A stretch of DNA of 64,000 nucleotides from Chara braunii (Eukaryota; Plantae; Charophyceae). Positions 14,230 to 26,700 of the stretch are shown here, one piece after another. The first letter of the stretch is position 1; each line of letters begins with the position of its first letter. The stretch covers positions 985,431 to 1,049,430 of the forward strand of contig BFEA01000019.1 in the NCBI GenBank assembly GCA_003427395.1, given 5' to 3'. The position numbers and the translations under genes are program-made. Below the pieces are notes generated by a model, which searched no databases, had not been told where the DNA came from, and saw only the letters and a list, made by a program, of their open reading frames with translations.

Positions 14230-14870
14230 AGACCCTGACAGAATCTACTCTATACAGAGTGGATTTCCAGGATTGTTACCCGTCAAAATATAATCTAACT
14301 CCTCTAAACTAAGAAAATTTTGGCACCGCTTCCCGTAGGAAAAGTGCCTTCTCAGAATTTATAATAGTGCAAATATGAAAAAAAAAACAATCTCTAACTC
14401 TGGAAAGTTAAATTTTGTCTAATTCCTTGAATTATCAAAATTTGGGCAACACTTTCTTTAGAAAAGAAGTCTTTCCAGATTTTTACTAAGTCAAATATGA
14501 ACCCAGAGCAAACATGAGTTCAACTAAGACAAAATTTAACTAACTTCTTAGATTTGCAGAAATTTCGACAACGCTTCCCGTAGAGAAAGTGTTATTCCAA
14601 GATTTATACAACGCTAAGTTCAGAAAAAATGGCTTTGACTTCTCAGGGTCTAATTTTGTCAAACTCTCTGAATTTGCAAAAATTTGGGCAGCATTCCCTT
14701 TAGAAAATGAGGTTTTCTAGATTTTTACTAAGCAAAAAAATCAGAAAAGTTGGACCCTGAAAAAGATAAAATCTGACAAACTTTTTGGTTTTGTAGAAAT
14801 TTCGGCAGCGCTTCCCGTAGAGAAAGTGGTTTACCAAGATTTATACAAGCCGAAGTATAATAAAAGATTC
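14230..14870. repeat. ~120-bp tandem repeat (about 5 units) inside the solo LTR
   Basis: Motif GC(A)CGCTTCCCGTAG(A)GAAAGTG and variants recurs near 14325, 14448, 14568, 14688 and 14805. Confidence 0.8.
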
Positions 14871-15139
14871 CAGAAAATGCAGAAATTGACCTAAGTAAAA
14901 AAAACTTAGTTTAGAAAATGCAGGAATTTAAACTAACTCTTATGGCTCTAGCACGTGGCGAGTAACTAAAGCAACTACCTATCAACTGAAACTCAGGCTA
15001 AGTAGTAGTCGCACTCAGTCGCATGCAAGATCAAATCAGAAGGTAAGTACTCTCACGATCCCCAAGTTAACCTTAACAAACAATAGTTCATAATCTTTCA
15101 ATGATTTATCTCTTTATACCCAACTTACATAAGGCATAA

Positions 15140-15866
15140 AGCTAGACCACCCAAACTTATGGAACATGTCTAGCTCAACCATTGAATATACAGAAACACA
15201 GGACACAACACATTTTCTCTTTTTTGGGCATATGACTAGGCCACCCTAGTCGCCCTGAACTGTTTAAGTATCCAAGTTTCATATAATTATCTTCACTTGG
15301 TCTTTTGAGGTAGCATATAACTGAACCGATCATCTTTAGCTCAAGATTCAGTATGTCCCTTCGTACCACAAGTTTGTTCTTAATTAGTACTCTCTTCAAT
15401 TAGTAATAAGCTAACGTCAGACCACCCAAACTTATGGAACCCTGTCTGACTAGCCTGTTCATAGATAGAATAGTAATAAGATATAACCAAGTTATAACCT
15501 TCTGGTTCTGACATGTACGTGGCGTTGGACCAAGACCACCCAAACTTATGGAACATGTCTTGGTCCTCAACCTGGTTCATTTTCCTCAAAGCCAAAGTGG
15601 GAAGAGGTTGAGCCACTCAAACTTATGGAACATGCTCAGACCCCCTCGTTCAGAAACTAAAGAAATTGACAGAAACCCAAAGTAAACAAGGCGACCAAGT
15701 CACCCGAACTTATGGAACATGCTTGGTCCCTGAAAAGTCATTCACAGTCAGCCCTCACAAGTCAGAGCAACCAGACCGCCCAAACTTATGGAACATGTCT
15801 CATTTTCAAGACAATTCAAAATAAACATAGCACTGGGCCTCCCCAAACTTATGGAGACTTGCCCAG
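15140..15866 (-). repeat. Interspaced array of 7 conserved stem-loops (plus-strand core CACCCAAACTTATGGAACAT)
   Basis: Units at 15140, 15416, 15527, 15609, 15693, 15773 and 15833. Each is closed by a different self-complementary stem and separated by unrelated spacers. Confidence 0.9.
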
Positions 15867-16714
15867 CCTTTGATAAACTCAATCAGACACAAGCAATACA
15901 ACATTTCTCTCATCCTTCCTCCAGATGCAATCCCACAGTCTGTTGTCAGTCAAACAATAGAACTGAAACTGGCATTGCACATATGTTCCTTTACTTAGTC
16001 TGGTTTGTGTCATGAAAGTCAAACTGAAAATTCAAAGTAGGAATGCACACAGTATACTCAGTCAAAACATAGCAAAGGATACAGATAAGGGTTACAACAG
16101 GGTTTATAAAGGGAAAACAATGATTTCCTTTCAATTCTCTGCCTCCAGAACTCCTCCTAAGTTCCAACAGAGCTCCCGCAATCGGTGGGTCGATTCCCCA
16201 CAGAGTCTTGCTGCGGTCCTACGAGTTGCAATCCCGTCTGCCGCCTTCCTCTCAGAACTGGACTAGACTTAGAGTTAGAAGGATCAAAAAAGAAAGTTTA
16301 AGTCTCTCAGATCCAAGGAGGGTGCACTCAGACTCGCGCGAGAGGCCCTTGTTATTTCCATGCGCCTGAGGGCCCCTAAATGATGGTCAGAACGCGCATG
16401 CAACTTGGTTAACTGAAGTCAACCGCCAACCGTTGGCCCTTTGGCGCTCCTCCAAATCGTACGAATACGAGCAGCACACCCACTATCACGTAAACCTACA
16501 GTCTCCACAACTGTTTGCTGCGCCCGCACAACAGACTGAGTAACACATTAGCATATTCGTATCTCTGCAGATCACACTATCAACATCACGCACTACCACC
16601 TCGATTAGTAGTATATACCGCTAGCCACTGTCAAACATAGCGACAAATCATGGTGCCACAATGATGCCCAGTCAAGTCCTGAATGACAGCGCACGGTCAA
16701 AAAGACGAGCAGCA

Positions 16715-16930
16715 ATAGTATGTGCACAATCAAACAACCTAGCAACAACAGTTTTGTGCGTAGCTGAAAGAAGCATCAGCAACTGGTTGTGCACAGTCAA
16801 CAAAAGCAACAACAATTTGTGCACAGCCGAAAGAAACAGCAGCCACAATTTGTGCACAGTCAACAGAAGCAACAACAGTTTGTGCACAGCCGAAAGAAAC
16901 AACAGCGGCAGTTTGTGCACAGTCAACAAC
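16715..16930. repeat. ~30-bp tandem repeat (TTTGTGCACAG-N-CAACAAC) in the solo LTR
   Basis: Seen directly. It explains the repetitive ORFs at 16661-17037. Confidence 0.85.
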
Positions 16931-19217
16931 CAGATGAACCGAGCAAGGGGAAGAAAGCACAACCCGTAACTTGCAATGTCCAACACAGCAAGCCGTATGA
17001 TATCCAATAGGCGAGCATACATCCTCTCAGCCTGCATATATAGCTCCTCCTGTTTGGTACTTCAAGGTTCATTCCTCTCCTTTCACAGTCACTGTGGCTA
17101 TAACTGCTGGCAAGATGAGCAGGGTCCGACTAGACTCTCCGATCGTGCCCGATGCACAAGCAACTGGATCCTTCATCAGCACGGTGTCGGATGCATCTTG
17201 GTAAGTAAACACGCCCGTCCGTACCAACCCTGTTCCCATCCGGTTTCTCCTCTACCAGAAAGGTAAGTCCTTCAACCTGAGTCTGGCCTCATGCCACTTC
17301 CATTAATACGGCGAGCAAGATCGGACGAATCTTTTACTGAAATATGAAAATATGCACTGCCTCTCATTCAACGCTCCCCGATCAGCCCCTCGGGCACCAG
17401 GTAAGTTACTAACCTCGCGATTACTCCCACACTACCTCCATCGATCAGCCAAGCAGAATTGAATGAATCTACCGCGAGATTCTCGGCTAGGTGCATTAGC
17501 ACTCCGAGGTCTCATTTCCCCATGCGCAACCCCGGTCTCTTATTTCGGCGAGACTAACGCCCTACTACCAAAACTAACACCGCTACTCACATCGCCATGG
17601 TCCGAAACCCCTACTTCGTATCTTGTTTCGCTTGATCTCACCAAGACTCGAGTAAACTATAAAGTTTTCACTCCACCATCGTCACTTTCCCCTTTATCTC
17701 TACGCAACTTCTCTCCTTACTAACCCACTATCTGCTAATCCCTTGGCCGACCCGACCTCAGATTTGGTGTCGCTCGCTGTCAAAACCCCGGATTCCTATC
17801 TTCGCCCGCTCGTTTTCGTTGAGAAACGGGCGAGCGGTGCGAATCTCATTCCCTTTCTTCTTTGTTTTCATCGTCATCCCCGCGCACGGTTTTCTCTTAC
17901 TAACTCCCTCTCTACTAACTTTCCCGCCAGTCTGATTCTACCAGTCAATTCATCCGCCCAAAGAACCTCGGAACCGCATCTTCCCTCCCTCGATCCTGAT
18001 AAGAGTCGAGCGGGCTATGCTCTTTGCCCTGCTCACTTCTCCCACCATCTCCGACCTTAGTTCTTCATACACCCGGCACCGTTTCACGTCCAGGTTCAGT
18101 CCTTTCTTCGCTGGTTTTTGCTGCCCCGGCTCTTCATCTCCTCCCGCTACCAGCGCAACCTTCAATAGGCAGCGGTTTCACGACGCTCGGCTTACTAGTC
18201 AGTACGCCCAACCGGACTGGCGATCATGGAAGGACCTTTGAACTACTACCACTAGACGGACCGATTAGTCTTTCGCCCCTATGCTTAAGCCCAACGAACC
18301 TTCTGTACGGTAAGTCACATGTCTCTGCCCCGATACCCCTGGCCTACTATGCCTACTGTGACGGTGGCAGCTTCCCCAAAGCTTGTTACTGCAGTTTGTG
18401 GTTGGCGGGAAGTGTACCCCCTGACCATGACTACTAGGGCCTATTCCACCATCCCCTGGGCCCCTCACGCAGGCTTTGGTGGGGGTAACAAATATTCAAA
18501 TGAGCACCTTGGAGACCGTGGTGAAAAAAAAAATTTGTGTGACCGGCCTTACGCAACCTGCGGTCTGTTCACCTTGACCCCGGCCACGCCTCGCTCAGGC
18601 TTAATACACCCGCTTTTCGGAACCATATGGCATGCTCACTCTCAAACCTCTCACAGCAGATCGCTACTGGCGTGTCATGCACTTTACAAAAACACACGCT
18701 ACTCAGGCCCCCGTCAACCTCAAGGTTTAGTCACCCACCGGTCTGTATGCACATTGACCAGCATCGTTCTCGGTGTCGCGCTCGGTTTTGGAATAACACT
18801 AGGCCTAAGGCTGAGGCCAATATTAGCGAACATCTATATAAGCGGGTGTCGTGCAGCGCGCGGACCTACACAAGATATTCCAAAAATCACATCATTTGTC
18901 GATGTCGTCCTCCGCATGCACATACAAGTCTCAAGCAAGCGCACCTGTCAAGAGACGGAATCCTTTTAATCTTAGTTTAATCAGACATAAAAAATTTAGG
19001 TCGGCGGTCACACCGGCTCTTCAATCATCAACAAAAAATCACACGCGCCTCAAGCCTGCACGCCCACACACTCCTTACTCTAGTCAACCACTCAGTCTAC
19101 GTAAACCACAGACGCAGCCGCGACTCGCGCATTATACCCAAACTCCGAATCAAGCTTATTTTCTGTTACTTGCAAAAAAACAGGGCGGATACCCTTGTAA
19201 GGGTATTCGCACCGACA

Positions 19218-19420
19218 ATGTACTCTTGGCCCAACCACAATTTAAACAATGCCCACTTGCCCCAAAGGCCTGCTTCCAAGTCAATTACCTATGGTTGTAG
19301 GTTGCGGTGGAGGAGAATGCTCACTCCACCCCTCGTACCTTGGGTTGGGGACCAAACTCGAGGGTCGTACCACCACCCAACCAAACTATTGACTAGACGC
19401 AGTTTTCAGCAGGTGCCGCT
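19218..19420 (-). pseudogene. LINE ORF2 APE endonuclease, middle part
   Basis: Reads VGWWYDPRVWSPTQGTRGGVSILLHRNLQP*VIDLEAGLWGKWALFKLWLGQEY, and is in frame with the piece at 12527 once the LTR is removed. Confidence 0.85.
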
Positions 19421-19544
19421 CCCCACCAATAGACATGAGCATTATGTCGTAAGTCCACTATAGGGGGATGCTCATATCACCTCCTCTAGTGGGTCGAAAG
19501 AAAAGTTTAAGGGGGAGTGGGGGGGGGGGGAATATTAAAGACAT

Positions 19545-19604
19545 TGTGTGCGTGTATGCACATGTGTGCACGTGTGTACGTGAGAGTAAGTGAGTATGTG
19601 CATA

Positions 19605-19677
<73 letters not shown>

Positions 19678-19777
19678 NNNNNNNNNNNNNNNNNNNNNNN
19701 NNNNNNNNNNNNNNNNNNNNNNNNNNNNNNNNNNNNNNNNNNNNNNNNNNNNNNNNNNNNNNNNNNNNNNNNNNNNN

Positions 19778-19832
<55 letters not shown>

Positions 19833-20190
19833 ACAACATGCAGCATGTAAGTGGGGGGGAACACAAGGACAAACTTACCTTGAAATAAAAAGAAAAGGTA
19901 ATGTTTTATCCGAATACATGAGTTTTTATTTTCATAATTCAAATAGAAAAGGTACATGTTCTATTCGAATACAAAAGGTACGCATTCTATTCCAACTATC
20001 ATTTATTCGAGAAAAGTGGTCTTGTGCCGCTTTGATTTGAAAATGTTTAACTCAAGGACCGCGGCCTCTTGCGGGTCCTCCAGCAAGCAACAACTATTAG
20101 GTTCCCATGAATTACCCCCCTAACAAATTCGTCACCCTTCCAACTATCATTTGCACTCGAACATGCGATCAAGGGGTATAAAACACACCC
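19545..20190 (+). repeat. ~600-bp repeat containing (TG)n(GA)n, copy 1
   Basis: Direct repeat of 21498-22079 (GAGAGCCCTACAACATGCAGCATGTAAG...GGGGTATAAAACACACCC). Confidence 0.9.
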
Positions 20191-21460
20191 TTAATGGGAT
20201 GAGAACTAAAATTTGCCTTACCCAATTTCAATTCCTGGATGCATAAATAGTCCAATTTCTATTGATACATTCATACTATTTTCAGCCTAATAATCTTCCC
20301 CCTATCCGTAGTATCTTCGAACCCCCTAACATTCCAAGTTGTTATTTTCAGGTTAATAATGGAAAGCATGTTCGTCCGCTTGCTTATTGATGAGGGGAGA
20401 CTCAGGTTACTCTTCATCTTCCAATTTTTGGTTGCAGTTCAACGAAGACCTGGGATCGAGTTTTTTCTAGATGAGCTTGCTGAATGCACCCTCTTAGATG
20501 GAAAGCGCAAAGCACCCACAAAATATTTGTCAATAATCTTAAATAAAGATTCCTCATTTTGACAGCATATCGTTCATCTTTAGCAGCAACAAAGCAGAGA
20601 CCTCTGATGTCAAAGCTATTTCTTCAAACTCATGGATGTTGTATTCCTTCACCGCATCTGGCTAAAACCACCTGATCCCCATCCGAGTTAGTACATTTGC
20701 GGTTTATGTATTCATCCTTACATCAATAAACTTGTAGGTGTTTTTTTGCAGTAGAACCACAATAGTAATCGTTGTGGACCTAGAAATGATCTAGATTGGA
20801 AAAACCTCCTTATACAATTTGTCGTATGAGTTAGTTCGTATTGTTTCCATAAAGGGGAGTACGACCTTCCCTCTATATTCACCATCCGATGAAAACAACA
20901 TAGTCCCTGACCACGGTGCATACCAAAGGGATCACTCTCATTTCTACCCTTTCATAATCGTTATATTACACTACGTCTCTTGCACCACTATTGTTCCCTA
21001 TGTACTCTTTCTTATTCATTGTATCTAATTTTAATACTCTCCTCTTATGTGAACTCCTCATTAACCGCTCTTTAGTTAGGAGGGATGCTCCCAATCGATC
21101 ACGGTTACGGTCATCCCCCATCTGTCTACTCCCCATCTTAATTTGAGTCATCGAAGATCTCGACAAAAAATATTGTTCACCCTCCTCGTCGTGAAGATGC
21201 TTTGACAGTTTTCTGCGACCGGAACTAGATGCATTACCCAACCGACTTCTCCCTAAGCCTTCTTGAGTATTCGTCTTGCTCCTTGCGGGGCGAGACTCCC
21301 CCCGACTTACCATAAGGAACCCCGAATAATTGCTTGAAGGATCTCCTTGAGTACCCAACCCATGTCCTTGGTGCAAATATGGATTGTTATTAAATCTCCT
21401 TTGGCTTCCTTCTAGCTCATGAAGTGGTCGTGAAGGTAAATAACATGATGTGAGCATGGG
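20191..21460 (-). pseudogene. LINE 5' part: start of ORF2 (APE) and probable ORF1 remnant
   Basis: NLKITTWNVRG (~20355-20322) and LDYLCIQELKL are the canonical APE N-terminal motifs. The ORF1 assignment is positional only. Confidence 0.7.
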
Positions 21461-21497
21461 TGAAAGTCGGGGTCCGAGGGTTCACAGTGGAGGACAA

Positions 21498-21588
21498 TGT
21501 GTGTGCGTGTATGCACATGTGTGCACATGTGTACGTGAGAGAGAGTGAGTATGTGTATATGTATGTGTGTGTGTATGTGTATGTGTGT

Positions 21589-21633
<45 letters not shown>

Positions 21634-21634
21634 N

Positions 21635-21670
<36 letters not shown>

Positions 21671-22079
21671 AAAAAAAAAAAAAAGAAAGAGAGAGAGAGT
21701 GGGAGAGCCCTACAACATGCAGCATGTAAGTGGCGGGGAGCACAAGGACAAACTTACCATGAAAAAAAAAAAAAAAGTAATGTTTTCTCCGAATACATGA
21801 GTTGTTTATTTTCAAAATTCAAATAGAAAAGGTACATGTTCTATTCGAATACAAAACGTACGCATTGTATTCCAACTATCATTTATTCGAGAAAAGTGGT
21901 CTTGTGCCGTTTTGATTTTGAAAATGTTCAACTCAAGGACCGCGGCCTCCTCGGCCTCTTGGGGGTCCTCCGCAAGCAACAACTATTAGGTTCCCACGAA
22001 TTACCCCCCTAACAAATTTGTCACCCTTCCAACTATCATTTGCACTCGAACAGGCGACCGAGGGGTATAAAACACACCC
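21498..22079 (+). repeat. ~600-bp repeat containing (TG)n(GA)n, copy 2
   Basis: Direct repeat of 19545-20190. Confidence 0.9.
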
Positions 22080-22899
22080 ATGCCTGCCCTTGCCCTTCTG
22101 CCTCCGATCCATCGCCTTGTCCCAATGATCCATCGGTACCGTTATCATACACCATGATTGATGGATTTAGGAATGATTAGGTGAAATACTCCACATGTCT
22201 TAATCCAATGATGACGTGGCAAGAGGAACAAGCGTGTTTTTTTCACCTGTCAACATTTTATCAATACAGGTCGTCGTGTGTTTTTACTACCCCCCAAACT
22301 GTTCCCCTCCTCCTCCTGCTCGTCCTTCTCCTTATCATGATGATCATCATCTCCTCATCTCCTCCTCCTCCTCCTCATGATCCTTGCCAATCTAATATTG
22401 AGTCGTGATGTTTATCCTTTGCTCCATTTTTCGACGAATCGTCGACCTGTAGCAAGACAGACCGACCGTGCATCAAATCCCGAGTTGGGATGCTTTTGTT
22501 GTGCAGATTGGGATCTCTCTAGCCTCGATTTCCCTCCAACCACAACAGCAACATAAGTAAAAAAAGAAGAAACGTGGCCCAGCAGCAGCCGCCATTAGAT
22601 CTAACAGCCGAGATCGAACGGGGGTCTACCCATTAGCACCTGAACCCCCCAACAGAGTCCTCATCAAGGTCGCCGCCGACATTTTGCTTCTCGCCTCTCC
22701 ACTCTTCTTCCTCCTCCCCTCCCGCGCTGTGTATCTCTCCTCTCTCCCTTGATTGGCTTTGCTTTGCAAGCTAGATGTCATGGAGAACAAAGACGACGAT
22801 GCCACTGATGAGGACGAATGGGATCAGGATGGCGATGGAGGACGATGGTGGGGCGGAGGAGGGGGAGGAGGAGAAGGGGTAGCAAGTATTGCGTGAATT

Positions 22900-22901
22900 C
22901 G

Positions 22902-22947
<46 letters not shown>

Positions 22948-22997
22948 ATCACTCAATCAATCGATTGACTATTCAATCAATCAATCCAACAATCAAC

Positions 22998-23079
<82 letters not shown>

Positions 23080-23500
23080 TATCGTTTTGTCTTTGTATTA
23101 TTTTTTTTCTCGAGATTTCGAAATCAATCTGTCAATCAATCAATCAATGAATGAATGAATCAATCAATCAAACAATTGGACAATCAACCAGTCTCTCTCT
23201 CTCTCTCTCTCCCCCCCCCCTCTCTCTCTATTTCTCCACCTTTTTCGGTTATTTTTTTTCCCTTAAAATTTAGAAATCAATTAATTGATCAATCAATCGA
23301 TCAATCAATCAATCAATCAATTAATCAATCAACAATCAATCAATCAATCGATCACGCACTCACTCACTCACTCAATCAATCAATCAATCAATAAATAAAT
23401 AAATAAATAAATAAATAAATTCATCAATCAATCAACCGTCCAATCAATTATTCAAAACAATCAATCAATCAATCGATCAACCAATCAGTCAACCAAGTCC
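22900..23500. repeat. (ATCA)n, (CT)n and (AAAT)n microsatellite cluster
   Basis: Seen directly in the sequence. Confidence 0.95.
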
Positions 23501-23729
23501 AATGATCGACTTCGGTTCAGTCACGATCGAGGGGAGCATACGTCGTTGTCCATTGATTGGTTGATTGATTGTGCAGGTTTGTTCTCGCATTTCGTCGGCA
23601 TCGGTTCAGTCACGATCGAGGGGAACATACGTCGTTGTCGATTGTCGTGTTTTTTCAATCACATGCGCCAGGTCGCAGGCTTGTAGGGCCAGGCGGGTAG
23701 AGGCGGGAGGGTAGGGAGGGAGCGCCGAC

Positions 23730-26700
23730 ATGGCGCACAGGCCGGAGTTTGTGCCTAATGAAAACTTCGAGAACGACCCTCGGTCGAAGCACGTCATCTG
23801 GAAATACGTTCAAAAGGGCCAGTTGTGGACCAACCATTCGGGAGCGGACCGGAAGGGCAATCACGAGCTACGTTGCAGATTGTGTGGTCACCGATGGGTC
23901 GACAACCAGACCAAGGTCACCGAACACTTCAACACCACAAGCGAGCATGACAGGTGTCCGCACGTGTGGGTGTACATTCTTAGGGAGTTGCAAAGGGCAA
24001 GCATAGCCTTGAAGGGTTCTCCCTGTCTATGTGCGGGAGGCTGACCGGGAGGGTGAACTCAATTTCGACAATCCCCTCAACTGGAGATTGCATGGCGGTG
24101 TAGCACGACAAAGCCCCTTGGTCCATGTGCGTGATTTGGCACAAGGACGAGGGTGGGCGGAGCGAGAAGATCCGACATCGGTGGCACGACAGGATGGAGC
24201 ACGCCCCTTCAGAGGAGCAAACGCCTCTGGAGCAGTGCACCCATCTAGTGGAGGGGGAGAGAGAGCAAGAGAGGGCCTGTTAGGGGTAGAGGGAGCAGAA
24301 GAGGGCTCGTGTGGGGGAGGGGATGAGAGGGACGAGACAGAGCATGTAGAGCACGCAAGGGCAAGACGGTTTGATCCGGTGGGGAAAAGGCCACATGGTG
24401 CTTCGCATTTGCAGCCAGGGAGGAGATAGTGTGTGCCTCAAGGGGGTGCTCGCGCTCCGCAAGACGAGCAGCACCGGTAAAGGGAGAGGATGCTCCAGTG
24501 AGCGAGAGATGAGGGCTCGAGAGATGAGGCCAACCCGTCCCTGTCGACCTCGAGGAAGGGCTGGCGGCAGACCCTGCGGAGCGGAGACAGGCTCGGCACC
24601 GAGTGCCCAGAGTGACCGAGACTCGTCTCGAGGGTTGGGTCGAGCACCCCATCCAGTACGACCTCGACATGGCGTACATCATATTCTTAGTGGGTTGTGG
24701 TATCCTGTTCAACGTCACTAGATCAGAGCGGTATTTGGCTTTGCACGACGTTTACCTCATTGAGTTCAGGGGTCCGTACCGACCTCATCAACCGTGGTCT
24801 GGGTTACTACGCACGACTCTTTTGTCCCTGTCAAACGTGGAGGTCGATGAGGACTTGCGGTATCACCGTGAGTCGTGGTCTGAGGGGGATACTTCCATGA
24901 CGGACGGCTGGTCGACTCAGACCAACCGCCTTCTCTGCAACTACATGGTCCCAGGGAGGTTGGGTGCATCCCTGTACCATGTTGAGGATATGTTTGGTTG
25001 GGAGCGGTCGGGAGTAGGTCTGTACCTCAGATGGAGGGAGCTCATTCTGGAGATTGGCGCTCAGCATGTGGTAGCGCGTTGGCCAACAAGGAGGCTTACC
25101 GTTTGCTCCGTAATGACCATGATCTTTCATTGCGAAAGATCGCCTGGATCCCTTGCACAGCCCACTGCTGCAATTTGATGCTCACGCACATCGCCAGGCA
25201 GTCGTGGGTACCGCAGGTCATCGCAAAGGAGCGAGACATTACTTCGTTTTTTCTGCGGCATTCACGTGCAGCGTACCTCCTTCGTCGGCAGTCTCCACCT
25301 GTGTCCTCGATCCGCTCGGGGAAGACGAGGTACAGGACCAACTTGATCATATTGAGGCGCATGTTGGAGTTGTGTGCATTTTTAGACGGTTGTGTCAGCA
25401 CTAGTGCCTAGGTGACGACCACGTGGCTCCCCACATTGAGGGACGCACGTAGGTGCTTTGACCTTCTCCACGATTCGTAGTGGTGGCATCAGGCGGAGCT
25501 CCTTGCCACCATTATAGGGCCCCTTCAGCAGGTTGATTCTGACAGGCGCAGGGTCGGCGATGTGTGGGGTCTGCTGGAGAGGCTGCGGATTACTGTCGAT
25601 CGACTATCTCCTGATGAAGCTTGTCACGAGTCCATCAAAAAGATAGTCAAGGAGAGGTCAGATATGCTCCTTACCCCTACCTATTGCAACCCAAGCACCG
25701 CAGCATCGATACCTTGATGTTGGGCACAGTACAATAGCGAGAATGCGCTCAAGTACATCGCGAACCAGATCGATGGAGGTCGAGAGGGCGACGAGATGAC
25801 TATCGTATGAAGTTCTTTCCAGGACTTCCACGACAAGTATCCCACACCTGGTCATTGGGGGGAACCTGTCGAAGATGCAGAGATAGAGCAGCCTGACTTT
25901 GATCCCGTGAAGTGGTGGAGATTTCAGGGGGGTAAGCATCGGATACTACGAGATGTCCTCATGGACTGCTTGGGTGCGTGGCACAAGCGGTTATCGGGTA
26001 GCTGAAAATTGAGGAATGAAAATTCTGAAGTGAGAGTTTTGGGCAGTCTGAAAATCCTGAATGGTCCTGAAGTGGTGAAAGGGCCGAAGATCCTGAAAAC
26101 CATCTGTTTAGGCAGGCTGCATTCTGAAGTGATGAAGAGTGTCATGAAGTGGTTAAGTGAGAGTTTTTTGCAGTCTGAAAATTTTGAATGGTCCTGAAGT
26201 GGTGAAGGTCCGAAGATCATGAAAACCACCCTTCACCACTTGAGGATGCAGCCTGCCTAAATAGGTGGTTTTCAGGGTCTTCGGAGCTTTCACCACTTTA
26301 GGACCATTCAGGATTTTCAGACTTGAATGCTCCCGAAGTGGTGAAAGGTCCGAAGACCCTGAAAACCACCTGTTTAGGTAGGCTGCATCCTTAAGTGGTA
26401 AAGGGTGTCCTGAAGTGGTGATGAAAAATATGAATGTTGTTAACCTTCTCTCGTGCGTGGACCACTGTCTCTCCCTGTTAGAGGAAACGGTCCACACACG
26501 ACTTTGTGCACACGAAGAGGCGGAACAGGCTGGGTGTCGAGCAATTGGAGAAGCTTGTGTTCTGTCACTGGAACCTTCAGTTTCTCCAGAGCAGTCACGC
26601 GTGCGGCGGGTTCATAGGGGCAGGCCTCCCAGGGGTCAGATTGATTGATGTGGAGAGGAGGGTTGAGGACTACTCCCGTTTTGAGTCGGACGTGATGGCC

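Larger units (their letters stand above)
12528..19217 (-). mobile_element. Giant solo LTR (6,690 bp) of a Ty3/gypsy-type family
   Basis: Ends are TGTCG...CGACA with flanks ACGT/ATGT (4-bp TSD, one CpG transition). Removing it restores LINE frame WLGQE-Y-VTIMMVY. Its two ends are homologous to the start (37266) and end (44980) of LTR1. Confidence 0.88.

Noticed and set aside
16661-17037. Repeat protein ORFs (LCTVN/LCTAE)
   Set aside because: A 30-bp tandem repeat open on both strands inside an LTR; no domain recognised.
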